From: Mobula hypostoma
Taxonomy: Eukaryota
Assembly: GCF_963921235.1 (NCBI RefSeq)
Contig: NC_086108.1
Coordinates: 107,200,001 to 107,264,000, forward strand
Length of the DNA: 64,000 bases
Direction of reading: 5' to 3'
Numbering within the stretch: the first letter of the stretch is position 1; the number at the start of each line of letters is the position of its first letter. The position numbers and the translations under genes are program-made. Of this stretch, positions 24,860 through 37,307 are shown in pieces. Under the pieces are notes generated by a model. That model worked only from the letters and a program-made list of their open reading frames with translations. It had not been told where the DNA came from and did not search any database.

Positions 24860-25492
24860 CATCAGAGGATTCGAGTACAGGAGCAGGGAGGTACTACTGC
24901 AGTTGTACAAGGCCTTGGTGAGACCACACCTGGAGTATTGTGTGCAGTTTTGGTCCCCTAATCTGAGGAAAGACATCTTTGCCATAGAGGGAGTACAAAG
25001 AGGGTTCACCAGATTGATTCCTGGGATGGCAGGACTTTCAAATGAAGAAAGACTGGATGAACTGGGCTTGTACTCGTTGGAATTTAGAAGATTGAGGGGG
25101 GATCTGATTGAAACGTATAAGATCCTAAAGGGATTGGACAGGCTAGATGCAGGAAGATTGTTCCCGATGTTGGGGAAGTCCAGAACGAGGGGTCACAGTT
25201 TGAGGATAGAGGGGAAGCCTTTTAGGACCGAGATTAGGAAAAACTTCTTCACACAGAGAGTGGTGAATCTGTGGAATTCTCTGCCACGGGAAACAGTTGA
25301 GGCCAATTCATTGGCTATATTTAAGAGAGAGTTAGATATGGCCCTTGTGGCTACGGGGGTCAGGGGGTATGGAGGGAAGGCTGGGGCGGGGTTCTGAGTT
25401 GGATGATCAGCCATGATCATAATAAATGGCGGTGCAGGCTTGAAGGGCCGAATGGCCTACTCCTGCACCTATTTTCTATGTTTCTATGTTTC
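24860..25492 (+). mobile_element. Young CR1 3' fragment, same subfamily as 34407-35778 and 40964-42524
   Basis: Almost identical peptide [34 protein letters not shown]...GGKAGAGF; (ctatgttt)n tail. Confidence 0.93.
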
Positions 25493-25619
25493 TAAATCGA
25501 AACCTATTCCAAAAGCTGCAGGCTCATCTTCAATGACCCTACAACTCATGTTCTCAGTATTTATTTATTTATTTACTTGTCTATCTATCTATCTGTTTAT
25601 ATTTTATCTAACAATTTAT

Positions 25620-26425
25620 CCTGGGTGGCGAGGTGTAGATTCGACTCTACTAAAGGAGGTGTAAGATGCTCCTTCCCTCCGTGAGGCTGCAGGTCACCCT
25701 TGGGCAAGGAGTAGCACCTGCTTATGTCATGGTCCCGTCTGGCTGTCCCCCATCTCACTCCTATCTCCTTGATTATGCCTTAATTCCAGTCGTTGATTCC
25801 CAATTGCTGCTAGTTCACTTAATTACAGCACACCTGGTTTCCATCAGAGACTGCAGGATAAGATCTCTGGCGTCACAACCACGGGTCGCCAGTTCGTTGG
25901 TCTATTCCCGAGTGATAAGTTTGCTTCCTGACCGCTTAGAACCATTAGTTCTAAGTTCAGCTCTAGTTTCATGTTATTCCAAGAAAACCCCGTCTCCGTG
26001 TCAAGACTCTATATCAGAGCTCCATGTCAAGATTCCTCCTGGTTATCTGTTCCACGTTCGCAACTGTGCAAGCACCTCCCAACCCTATCTCCGTGCCTGT
26101 GTCCTGCAATTGGGTTCGCTTCAGTTGCTTCTTGTAACAACTTTGTTCCCCCAGCCCCCTGATCAGGGTCACGTGAAGCCATGGGAGCAGATGGTGGACA
26201 GTCAGATGAGCAGCTAGTGCTTATCACAAGTCCTGGTAATACAGCCACTGACTATCTCTGAGGAGTATTGATAATGGCTGCGGTCACCCATCTTGTAAAA
26301 TACACTGCCCTGAAGAAGGCAATGGCAAACCACTTCTGTAGAAAAGTTTGCCACGGAACAATCATAGTTGTGGAAAAGGCCATGATCACCCACGTTATAT
26401 GACATGGCACATAATCACAATTATG
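25620..26425 (+). mobile_element. RTE/BovB-related SINE-like element, split by an LTR; a second partial copy lies at about 44685-44850
   Basis: BovB-like motif gaagaaggcaatggcaaaccacttc near 26312; 5' part shared with 44700-44850. Confidence 0.55.
25725..26139. mobile_element. Probable solo LTR (Gypsy-like), 415 bp
   Basis: TGTCA...TAACA termini; interrupts an element that is contiguous at 44770-44810; TSD not clean. Confidence 0.6.
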
Positions 26426-26898
26426 ATCTATCTATCCATCTACTTTATTTGCACAATTAGGCTTATTACTTTGACAATACATTTACTTTGAAATTTGGAT
26501 CTGAATGCTCTGTCCCCACCTAACCAAGCAGTACCGAGCTAATATTAAATATCAGGCTGCACTTTGACCTCACTTTCAACTCAACAGGTAAAGCCATGTG
26601 TGTTCTCTGCCTCTCAGTGAGAGAAGCTGCCTCACAATTCCAGAGACCTGCAATGAATTCTGACCATTGGTGCTGTTCACGTAGAGTTTTTACTGTGAAC
26701 ACAAGGCTCTGCTCCGAGAGCTCCACTTTCCTCCCACATCCCAAGGACATGCAGATTGTTGGATAAATTGGTTACTGATTCCTTCCTCACTGCTGACCAA
26801 CATCATGGAGCCCACTAACCTGATTCACTTCATTCGCTGAAAATAGGAATTTTCTCTTTGGAGCAAAGATTGATGAGAGTTGACTTAATAGATGTGTA

Positions 26899-27597
26899 TG
26901 CAGCCCCACTTGGCCAGCCTCAGGGTCGTTCGGCCTGCTGTCGTCTAGGGAAACAGCCCTCGGCCCCGCCAAACTGGGTAATTAGTTTGTGTGGATGCTG
27001 TGTTATGTACCCCACCCCGCCCAAATAACAGACAATACACCAGATACGATTAAATGATTTACAGTTTATAGATATTACTGGACCTATATAATTAATGGAC
27101 AATAAAATATAATAGGAAAATAAAAGGCGCCACACTTAGCAAAGTTCAATCTCCTCATGCACAAACATTTGGAGCTCAGGACCCTTCTTCTTCACCCTGC
27201 GACCCCTCGGACCACCTCGACCGGCCACCTGGGACCAAAACGGTGGTTGACCAGACGCTCCACACGAGTCCGTCTCCGTCCCCTCTCCTCGCCGAACGCC
27301 CTCCTCGGGGTCCGACCCCGTTAGTGGACTCACTACACCTGGTCCATCCTCTGTCTCTCTCTCCCGCCTTCTGCCCCAAAACCCCGTGCATATAATATCT
27401 TATAGACACACCAAAAGTATAACAACTGTCCCAATTGGTTCATAACATCTTCTTATCAGTAACATGATCCAAACAAACTACTACAGGAGGACTTTCTCAG
27501 TAGTTAACATAACAAAGAAGCCCTTTCAATTATAACATAACAAAGAAGCCATTTTAATTAGACTACGCAATGACACAAAAAAAAGAAACCCCTTACA
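26899..27597 (-). mobile_element. Solo LTR, 699 bp, 4-bp TSD, inserted in a CR1 3' fragment
   Basis: TG...CA ends; TSD tgta at 26895-26898 and 27598-27601; removal restores CR1 DLIDVYKKIRDID; CCAAT and TATA-like motifs on the minus strand. Confidence 0.85.
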
Positions 27598-27962
27598 TGT
27601 ACAAGAAGATAAGAGACATAGATTGAGTGGATAGCCAAAGATCTTTCCCAGGGTGGAAATGGCTAATGCAAGGGGGTATCCCTCAATATCCTCAGACTCC
27701 TCAATACCCAGAGCCTGGACTGACACCAACCTACTGCCCTCTACTGTGCCTATCATCTTGTTTATTATTTATGGTAATGCCTGCACTGTTTTGTGCACTT
27801 TATGCAGTCCTGGATAGGTTTGTAGTCTAGTGTAGTTTTTGTGTTGTTTTATGTAGTTCAGTGTAGCTTTTGTATTGTTTCATGTAGCACCATGATCCTG
27901 AAAAACACTGTCTCGTTGTTACTGTGTACTGTACCAGCAGTTATGGTCAAAATGACAATAAA

Positions 27963-28662
27963 AATAGTCATAGTCATACTTTATTGATCCCAGGGGAAAT
28001 TGGTTTTCGTTACAGTTGCGTCATAAATAATAAATAGTAATAGAACCATAAATAGTTAAATAGTAATACGTAAATTATGCCAGTAAATTATGAAATAAGT
28101 CCAGGACCAGTCTATTGGCTCAGGGTGTCTGACCCTCCAAGGGAGGAGTTGTAAAGTTTGATGGCCACAGGCAGGAATGACTTCCTATGACGCTCTGTGC
28201 TGTATCTCGGTGGAATGAGTCTCTGGCTGAATGTACTCCTGTGCCTACCCAGTACATTATGTAGTGGATGGGAAACATTGACCAAGATGGCATGCAACTT
28301 AGACAGCATCCTCTTTTCAGACACCACCGTCAGAGAGTCCAGTTCTATCCCCACAACATCACTGGCCTTACGAATGAGTTTGTTGATTCTGTTGGTGTCT
28401 GCTACCTCAGCCTGCTGCCCCAGCACACAATAGAAAACATGATAGCACTGGCCACAGACTCGTAGAACATCCTCAGCATCGTCCGGCAGATGTTAAAGGA
28501 CCTCAGTCTCCTCAGGAAATAGAGACGGCTCTGACCCTTCTTGTAGACAGCCTCAGTGTTCTTTGACGAGTCCAGTTTATTGTCAATTCGTATCCCCAGG
28601 TATTTGTAATCCTCCACCATGTCCACACTGACCCCCTGAATGGAAACAGGGGTCACCGGTAC
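27963..28662 (-). mobile_element. Rex1/Babar 3' fragment nested in another Rex-type tail (about 27680-27962 and 28663-28690), itself within a CR1 tail ending near 28972
   Basis: YKYLGIRIDNKL..NTEAVYKKGQSRLYFLRRLRSFNIC; HRKSFLPVAIKLYNSS. Confidence 0.87.
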
Positions 28663-30669
28663 CCAGTGACTTGACTTGACTTGACTTGTATAACTGCAAG
28701 GTGATTGCAGGAAAGTATAGGAAGGATACCAGAGTTATGTTCTTTATACAGTGAGTGGTGGGTGCGTGGAACACGCTCCCAGGAGTGGTGGCAGAGGCAA
28801 ATACATTAGGGGAATTTTAAAAAATCCTAAATGGGCGCATGGATGATTGAAAAAATAGAGTGCTATGTGGGAGGGACGGGTGAGATTGATCTTCGAGTAG
28901 ATTAAAAGGTTGGTACAAAATCAGGGGCTGAAGGGCCTGTATGTGCTCTAATGTGCTATGTTCTATGTTCTAAATTCATCATACACGAGTTTTCCTCTTC
29001 AGGTTAAATAATTGCCAGTGTACAATCAGCTCTGTGCCCTTCTGCCATGCCCTCCCAAACCTTTCACTCAAATGTCATCCTTCGGGGAATCAACTTGAAT
29101 CCTGCCCAATCTCACCACCCCCTCCAAAAATAATTCTTTGTTGAATATTCCTGATCTTGAACAAACGCTTCTCAATTATGCATATTATTTTCTTAATTAA
29201 AGATCTGGCTACATCCTGCTCTCAACATTAAAAATCAGGACTACTCATTAATCTTCCGAAATGAATTCACCCATGGCCAATAGCCATGTATTGTCTCTGA
29301 GAATTGTCAAGGACCATATACAGCATGGATTCCCATTACAGAGTAATTACACAGGAGATTATCACAAGTAGCACGAAGACAAATGCAATCCAAGAACAGA
29401 GTGCAGAGAATACCACTCCTTGACTCTATTACAATATTGTAAAGCATTAATTTCACCATTTTCATCGGTATTTAAAACTAACTCAATTTACCCAGCTTCT
29501 AAGTGAATATACTAAAACTTTAATAAGAAACTTAAAATTCATCCATGCACATTAATTTTTGGCAGCCCACTACTAAAAAGAGAAATAAAGGCACAAGCTG
29601 CTACACATTGTGATCTAATCTCCCAACATTTGAGACTTGTTTGAAAGTACTGTGCTAAAATATCAAAGCCAGTCTGTAAATATTTCCTCAAGCCGTCAAT
29701 TCTTGTCTGGTGGCGTTTCATTCATGCACTGACTGCCAAGCTTATTGCTCAGTCAATACCCAATTAGAATTAGTGAGGACTTGAGAAGGGAAAGGAGAAA
29801 ACAAGACTACACTGAGTTTGGCAAACAGAGCAAATAAGAGACATAAAAGAGCAAGTACAAAGTGTTTGGTTTTCTCCATTGTTTTACAATGCGAATGATT
29901 GCCTGGGAGATTAAACTGCTTAACAATGCCAGTCTTCAAGTCTGGCTCTTGCATTTGGCGTAAGTATCTGTACACTAGTGCCTCTACTTCCTCGGAAGAC
30001 TGAGGTAATTCGACAAGTCCCCAATGACTGTCACTAATTTTTACAGAAGTAGCAGAGAAAACATTCAATCTGGAAACATTACAGTGTGGTCTGCCCAAGA
30101 TTACAAGAAATTGCAGGGCGTTGCAAACACAATTGAAGATTCAAGTTTGTTTATCACACGTACATCGAACCAAGCAGTGAAAAGCCATTGAGCACATCCA
30201 CAAGGAGCACTGCCGCAAGAAAGCAGCATCCCACCACCCAGGACATACTCTCTTCCTGCTGCTGCGAATAGGAAGGAGGTACAGGAGCCTCAGATCTCAC
30301 ACCACCACATTCAGGAGCAGTTGTTACTGTTCAACCATCAGGCTCCTGAAGCAACGTGGATAACTTCACTCACCTCAACAATGAACTAATTTCACAAACT
30401 ATGGACTCATTTTCAAGGACTCTACAGTTCCTGTTCTCAGTATTATTATTTGCTTATTTTTTATTTGCAGTTTGTCTTCTTTTGAACGTTGATTGTCTGT
30501 CAGTCTTTATGCAGCTTTTCAATGATTCTAACATATTTCTCTGTTCTACTGTGAATCTCCGCAAGAAAATAAATCTCAAAATAGTATATGCAGACATATA
30601 TGCTCAATGGCCACTTTATTAGGTACATGAGTTTACGTTCATGTTCTTTCATAAAAATGTACAATAGAA

Positions 30670-30950
30670 GGGGACGCCAATGTAGCATCACAGTTAGCTT
30701 GATGCTATTACATCTCAGGGCATCAGAGTTTGGAATTCAATCCCGACACCGCCTGTAAGAACTTTCTCTGAAACACATGGGTTTCCTCTGAGTGCTCTGG
30801 TTTTTTCCACAGTCCGAAGATGTACCAGTTAATAGGTTAATTAGTTATTGTAAATTGTCCTTTAATTAGGTTAGAGTTAAATAGGTGGGTTGCTGGGCAG
30901 TGTAGCTCATTGGGCTGGAAGGGCCTGGTCAGTGTTGTATCTCTAAATAA
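30670..30950 (+). mobile_element. tRNA-derived V-SINE (HE1-like)
   Basis: B-box-like ttcaatccc; V-domain tgggtttcctctgagtgctctggtttt..ccacagtccgaaga; CR1-like 3' end. Other copies at about 14330-14470(-), 26650-26780, 38640-38790, 43780-43910, 48700-48960(-), 51640-51915(-), 58060-58232, 59895-60080. Confidence 0.8.
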
Positions 30951-31199
30951 AAATAAAATTTAATAAAATAAAAAGCAATTGCTATTCCAAATGACAAAGT
31001 GAGTCTAGAAGTGAACGTATAATTTAATTAAGAATAATATAATTAAGAAAACCATTGGTTACAAGAAATTAAGTGTGTAAGGATTTAAAATTAAGCAAAA
31101 CAGAATATAGAATTGCAGATCAAAGGTTGGCATACCAACCAGAAAATAAATGAATTGACACTTTTACAACTTACGGTAAAAAAAAGTGTAAACAAGATG

Positions 31200-31660
31200 C
31201 ACCAGAGAGAGTGTTCTAACTGGTTGTATCGTTGTCTGGTACAGAGGAGCCACTGTACAGTATTGCAAAAATCTGCAGGAAGTCACAAACTCTACCATCT
31301 CCATCATGGGCAGCAGCCTCCCCAGCATCCAGGACACCTTCAAAGGTCAGTGGCTCTAAAAGGCAACGTCCATCATTAAGGACCCATCACCCAGGATATG
31401 CCCTCTTCACATTGCTGCCATCAAGGAAGCAGAGGGGCCTGAAGACACACACTCAATGTTTCAGGAACAGCTTCTTCCCCTCCACCATCTGATTTATGAA
31501 TGGATAAGGAACCAATGAACACTAGCTCACAATTTTTGCTCCATTTTGCACTATTTAATTATATTACTGTAATTTATAGTATATTTTATGTATTGTGCTG
31601 TAGTGCTGTGCAGAACAACAAACTTCACAACATACGTCAGTGATAATAAACGTGATTCTT
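31200..31660 (+). mobile_element. Rex1/Babar 3' fragment
   Basis: HHPGYALFTLLPSRK..LKTHTQCFRNSFFPSTI; tail gtcagtgataataaacgtgattc. Confidence 0.7.
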
Positions 31661-32545
31661 TTTCTGAGAATTGGAAAGTGGGATTGTGGTTGGAAATGAC
31701 AGGGAGAGGAATTGGATTTGAACTAAGTGACTGAACCCTGGCAACAGCTGGCAGATTAAATCAGAGAAAAGATTGCAGAGTTCCTGGCCACAGCTGGTTT
31801 AAGCTTCAAATATGCAAGTGTGGCTATTCAATCGAAACTAGGCTGTTGCAGCATCGTTGGGAGGGTGAACTGGGTATTTTAACAGAAAAAAATGCTGCCT
31901 GACTCACCTCTTCGAAGAGGCTGAGAGTGATGGGCTTGATGGAAGCTCTTATCTTTTTGCAGAGACCTGCATATGTTTTCATTAAATGCATTGAACCATT
32001 AAAAAGCAAACTATAACAGCAAACACATCACCTCCCCAACTAATCACTTAGGTTACTCTCAACTCATGTGCATATCAAAATGGCATTTTTTAAAATCTGC
32101 AGAAGTTGCTTTGATTTTTTCTTTTGTAAAGTTAATTTATTCTGTGCCTGCTTTTGGAGTTTTATGATCTACAATTGCTCGCTGAAGTTTCATTTCTTCA
32201 GCTAATTGTAGACAGTCTATCTTTTTGCAATATGAATAACCATACTCTATGTCATTACAACTTAATTATTTAATGGTGTAGTCTTTAATTCCCTTGCATA
32301 GCGATTTTTTTTTGTGCACAGTTTCCATGCTCATCAAGGCAAGGAGGTACTTAGTATTCACAGCAGGTTGTGTCCTCAAAACGACAGGAGTTAATAGCAT
32401 GGAATAAAGCCACTTGGCCCATCATGCCGTGTCTATGTTGGCTTGTTCTTAGAACATTCCTAATCAATTCCCACAGCATTGATTTCCTCTCTTAACTCTG
32501 TACATCCTCCACTTCAACCACTTAAGTTGCACACAAGGAAAAATT

Positions 32546-33101
32546 CACACAGGGGCCAATTTATTAGGTACCACTGAGTGTATGTTCATGGTCTTCTGCT
32601 ACTGTAGCCCATCCACTTCAAGGTTCGATGTGTTGTGCATTCAGAGATGCTCTTCTGCATATCATTGCAGTAACACATGGTTATTCAAACAGCCACTCTT
32701 GCATAGTCGCTTTCCTATCGGTTTGAACCAGTCTGGCCATTCTCCCCTGACCTCTTTCATTCACAAGGCATTTTCACCCACAGAACTGCTGTTCACTCAA
32801 TGCTTTTTACTTGTTTATCACGCCATTCTCTGTAAACTCTGGAGACTGTTGTGTGTGAACAGCCCAGGAGATTTTCTGAGATACTCAACCTACCCCATCA
32901 GGCAACAACAGACATTCCACAGTTAAAGTCATTTAGATCATATTTCATCCCCACTCTGATGTTTGGTCTGAACAACAACTAAACCTTTTGACCACGGCTG
33001 CACGCCTTTATGGATTGGTCTACTGTGACATGATTGGCTGATTAGATATTTGCATTAACAAGCAGGACCACAGGTGTATCTAATAAAGTGGCCACCGAGT
33101 G
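32546..33101 (-). mobile_element. Non-autonomous Tc1/mariner element, same family as 23792-24355
   Basis: TIR taataaagtggccaccgagtg-TA; reverse-complement homology along its length. Confidence 0.85.
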
Positions 33102-33440
33102 TAGATTGTGTCAGCAAGTGTCACAGCTGGGATGTGATATTATGGTGCATTAGTGAAAAAGATCATTTATGAAGGAAGGATAATACTGGGTTGAAAATGG
33201 AAAATTATATGGGTCAAAGTTCGTTTTTTGAATTGGAATTGGTTTATTAATTGTCACGTATATCAAGATACAGTGAAAAGATTGCCAAGCATACTGTTCA
33301 TGCAGATCATTACACAGTGCATTGAGGTAGAACACAGCAAAACAAATGCAGGATGAAGTGTATCAGCTACAGAGAGAGTTCACTACAAGCTGCAGCTCAA
33401 TAATGAGGTAGATTGTAAGGTTCAGAGTCCGTCTTCCTCC

Positions 33441-33640
33441 AAGAGGACCACAACCTTGTCGTAGGTTTAGCAGGCTTGCGTGCCTCAGTGAACATATGAA
33501 TTTATGCTTTGGCTCCTGGTAGGGCCATCCATGCCAAACAGGTCAAAAGGTAGAGGCCAGACTAAGAGCGATCCACTGACCTTCCAGGTTCAGGGGTTCA
33601 GCTCAGGGCTGAACACTGACTGGTCAAAAAATAATTGTTG
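33441..33640 (+). mobile_element. RTE-type 5' leader fragment, same family as 42527-42863
   Basis: gaggaccaca...ggtagggccatccatgccaaacaggtcaaaaggtagaggccagactaagag shared with 42527-42680. Confidence 0.7.
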
Positions 33641-34406
33641 CATTGGGGAAGGTTGAAGTTAAGATGGCAGGGGGATAGGAACCTGAGTGATAGGGTTGAG
33701 GACTGGCCAGTTGGTAAACATGTCAATACAGGGTGTAGTGAGCCTGTAAGGAAGGGCAGCTAAATGAAAGGGCAAAATGGTAGTCAGTGGGATGAGTTGA
33801 AGTGTAACATGGGGGTACAATTGAAAAGGGTGATTAATACAGGACTGAAGCTGATATATTTGATTGCACTCAGTTTACAAAATAAGATAGATGTTCTTGT
33901 AGCACAGTTAGAGATTGGCAGGTATGATGTGAGCATCACTGAGTTGTGGCTGATACAATTTCTATTGAAAGGATAGGTAGATAGCCAAAGGTGGTGGAAT
34001 GACTCTGTTGGTAAGAAGTGAAATCAGATCCTTGGAAAGAAGTGACATAGGATCAGAAGATGTAGAATTCATGTGGATAGAGTTAAGAAACTGCAAGGGT
34101 AAAAAGACCCTGAAGGGAATTATATACAGGCCTCTGAACGGGCTAGGATGAGGGATATGAATTCTAACAGAAATAGAAAAAATATGTAATAAGAACAATG
34201 TTACAATAATCATGGAGGATTTCAATATGCAGGAAGATTGGGAAAACTAGGCTGGTGCTGGATTCCAAGAGAGAGAATTTGTAGAATATGCATGTGATAG
34301 CTTTTCTGAGCAGCTTGTGGTTGAGATACTGGTTAGGGTGTTATGTAATGAACCAAATTTAATTAGGAAGCTGAAAGCAAAGGAACCCTTGAGAGATAGT
34401 GATCAT

Positions 34407-35778
34407 AATGCTGGAGTCAGTTATCAAGGATGTGATAACAGCACATTTGGAAAGCGGTGAAATGATCGGACAAAGTCAGCATGGATTTGTGAAAGGAAAA
34501 TCATGTCTGACGAATCTCATAGAATTTTTTGAGGATGTAACTAGTAGAGTGGATAGGGGAGAACCAGTGGATGTGGTATATTTGGATTTTCAAAAGGCTT
34601 TTGACAGGGTCCCACACAGGAGATTAGTGTGCAAACTTAAAGCACACGGTATTGGGGGTAAGGTATTGGTGTGGGTGGAGAATTGGTTAGCAGACAGGAA
34701 GCAAAGAGTGGGAATAAACGGGACCTTTTCAGAATGGCAGGCGGTGACTAGTGGGGTACCGCAAGGCTCAGTGCTGGGACCCCAGTTGTTTACAATATAT
34801 ATTAATGACTTGGATGAGGGAATTAAATGCAGCATCTCCAAGTTTGCGGATGACATGAAGCTGGGTGGCAGTGTTAGCTGTGAGGAGGATGCTAAGAGGA
34901 TGCAGGGTGACTTAGATAGGTTGGGTGAGTGGGCAAATTCATGGCAGATGCAATTTAATGTGGATAAATGTGAAGTTATCCACTTTGGTGGCAAAAATAG
35001 GAAAACAGATTATTATCTGAATGGTGGCCGATTAGGAAAAGGGGAGGTGCAACGAGACCTGGGTGTCATTATACACCAGTCATTGAAAGTGGGCATGCAG
35101 GTACAGCAGGCGGTGAAAAAGGCGAATGGTATGCTGGCATTTATAGCGAGAGGATTCGAGTACAGGAGCAGGGAGGTACTACTGCAGTTGTACAAGGCCT
35201 TGGTGAGACCACACCTGGAGTATTGTGTGCAGTTTTGGTCCCCTAATCTGAGGAAAGACATCTTTGCCATAGAGGGAGTACAAAGAAGGTTCACCAGATT
35301 GATTCCTGGGATGGAGGGACTTTCATATGAAGAAAGACTGGATGAATTGGGCTTGTACTCGTTGGAATTTAGAAGATTGAGGGGGGATCTGATTGAAACG
35401 TACAAGATCCTAAAGGGATTGGACAGGCTAGATGCAGGAAGATTGTTCCCGATGTTGGGGAAGTCCAGAACGAGGGGTCACAGTTTGAGGATAGAGGGGA
35501 AGCCTTTTAGGACCGAGATTAGGAAAAACTTCTTCACACAGAGAGTGGTGAATCTGTGGAATTCTCTGCCACAGGAAACAGTTGAGGCCAGTTCATTGGC
35601 TATATTTAAGAGGGAGTTAGATATGGCCCTTGTGGCTACGGGGGTCAGGGGGTATGGTGGGAAGGCTGGGGCGGGGTTCTGAGTTGGATGATCAGCCATG
35701 ATCATAATAAATGGCGGTGCAGGTTTGAAGGGCCGAATGGCCTACTCCTGCACCTATTTTCTGTGTTTCTGTGTTTCT
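34407..35778 (+). mobile_element. Young 5'-truncated CR1 with an uninterrupted reading frame of about 425 aa (RT to C-terminus)
   Basis: ORF 34399-35682: QHGFVKGKSCLTNL, YLDFQKAFD, GVPQGSVLGP, KFADD, FFTQRVVNLWNSLP. Confidence 0.95.
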
Positions 35779-36690
35779 ATAATATGATAGGATTCACCTT
35801 GCAGTTAAGAGAGGGAGAAACTGAAGTCAGATGCATCCATATTACAGTCGAGTTAAGGAAATTACAGAGGCTTGAGAGAGGATCTGGCCAAAGTTGATTG
35901 GAAGGGGATATGATCAGGGATGATGGTAGAATAGCAATGGCTGGAGTTTCTGGGGGCAATTCAGAAGGTGTAGGGTAGATACATCCCAAAGATGAAGAAG
36001 TATTCTAAAGGGACGATGAGGCAACCATGGCTGACAAGGGAAATTAAAGACAACATAAAAGCAAAAGTGAGAGCATGGAATATCGCAAAAATTAGTGGGA
36101 AGTTAGAGGATTGGGAAGCTTTTAAAACCAACAGAAGGCCATTAAAAAAAAACATAAGGAGAGAGAAGAAAAAATATGAAGGCAAGCTGTCCATAATATC
36201 AAAGAGGATACCAGAAGTTTTCTTTTCAGATACAGTATATAAAGAGTTTTATTGCAGTTATTCATAGGGTTTTCATGGCAAGATACAGAAGCAGATTGCC
36301 AGGCCTTTATTCCGTGCAGATACTGCCTCTGCCCTGGTGGGTGGTTTGGCTTAGCCTGACATCTCGCCTTTGAAATATGGCCCTGGAGAAAAATACTGTG
36401 CATCTTGTGGACCTTTCACAGAACAAACAAAGCAATCTTCAATGAGATCAAACCAAATTCCTCTCTGGAGGCTCAAATGACAAGACTCTGCCTATCCTAC
36501 TTTGGGCTCAGTATGTGAAAAAGGAGCTCCCTGGAAAAGGATGTCATGCTCCGCAAAGGTGGAAAGACAACGGAAAAGGGGAAGTCCAGAACAAAGGAAG
36601 ATGGGTGGACACAACAGCGACTGTTATGAATGCATCATTATCAGCAGTGAGCCACCTTTGTGAGAACTGAAACTCATCTAGAGCAACTAT

Positions 36691-37307
36691 CGCTTTGCTG
36701 AACATCTACGCTCTGTCCGCCAGAGAAAGCAGGATCTCCCAGTGGCCACACATTTTAATTCCACATCCCATTCCCATTCTGACATGTCTATCCATGGCCT
36801 CCTCTACTGTAAAGATGAAGCCACACTCAGGTTGGAGGAACAACACCTTATATTCCGTCTGGGTAGCCTCCAACCTGATGGCATGAACATCAACTTCTCT
36901 AACTTCCGCTGAGGCCCCACCTCCCCCTCGTACCCCATCTGTTACTTATTTTTATGCACACATTCTTTCTCTCACTCTCCTTTTTCTCCCTCTGTCCCTC
37001 TGAATATACCTCTTGCCCATCCTCTGGGTCCCCCCCACCTCCTTGTCTTTCTTCCCGGACCTCCTGTCCCATGACCCTCTCGTATCCCTTTTGCCTATCA
37101 CCTGTCCAGCTCTTGGCTCCATCCCTCCCCCTCCTGTCTTCTCCTATCATTTTGGATCTCCCCCTCCCCCTCCTACTTTCAAATCCCTTACTCACTCTTC
37201 CTTCAGTTAGTCCTGACGAAGGGTCTCAGCCTGAAACGTCGACTGTACCTCTTCCTAGAGATGCAGCCTGGCCTGCTGCGTTCACCAGCAACTTTGATGT
37301 GTGTTGC
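36691..37307 (+). mobile_element. PLE 3' fragment: GIY-YIG endonuclease C-terminus (36691-36912), 3' UTR, hammerhead and tail
   Basis: Own translation RFAEHLRSVRQRKQDLPVATHFNSTSHSHSDMSIHGLLYCKDEATLRLEEQHLIFRLGSLQPDGMNINFSNFR* matches the PLE GIY-YIG pattern R..EH / V..HF / E..I..L.SL.P.GMN. Confidence 0.9.
37209..37244 (+). ncRNA. Minimal type I hammerhead ribozyme, intact core; predicted cleavage after 37240
   Basis: agtc-CTGACGA(37213-37219)-agg gtctcag cct-GAAA-CGTC-gact. Confidence 0.82.

Noticed and set aside
31908..31966. Minus-strand exon ending at a strong GAG|GTGAGT donor
   Set aside because: The upstream acceptor lacks a polypyrimidine tract and the peptide is unrecognisable
34399..35682. 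427-aa ORF as a host gene or domesticated RT
   Set aside because: 5'-truncated CR1 ORF2 with two near-identical copies in the window; the start codon comes from the flanking older CR1
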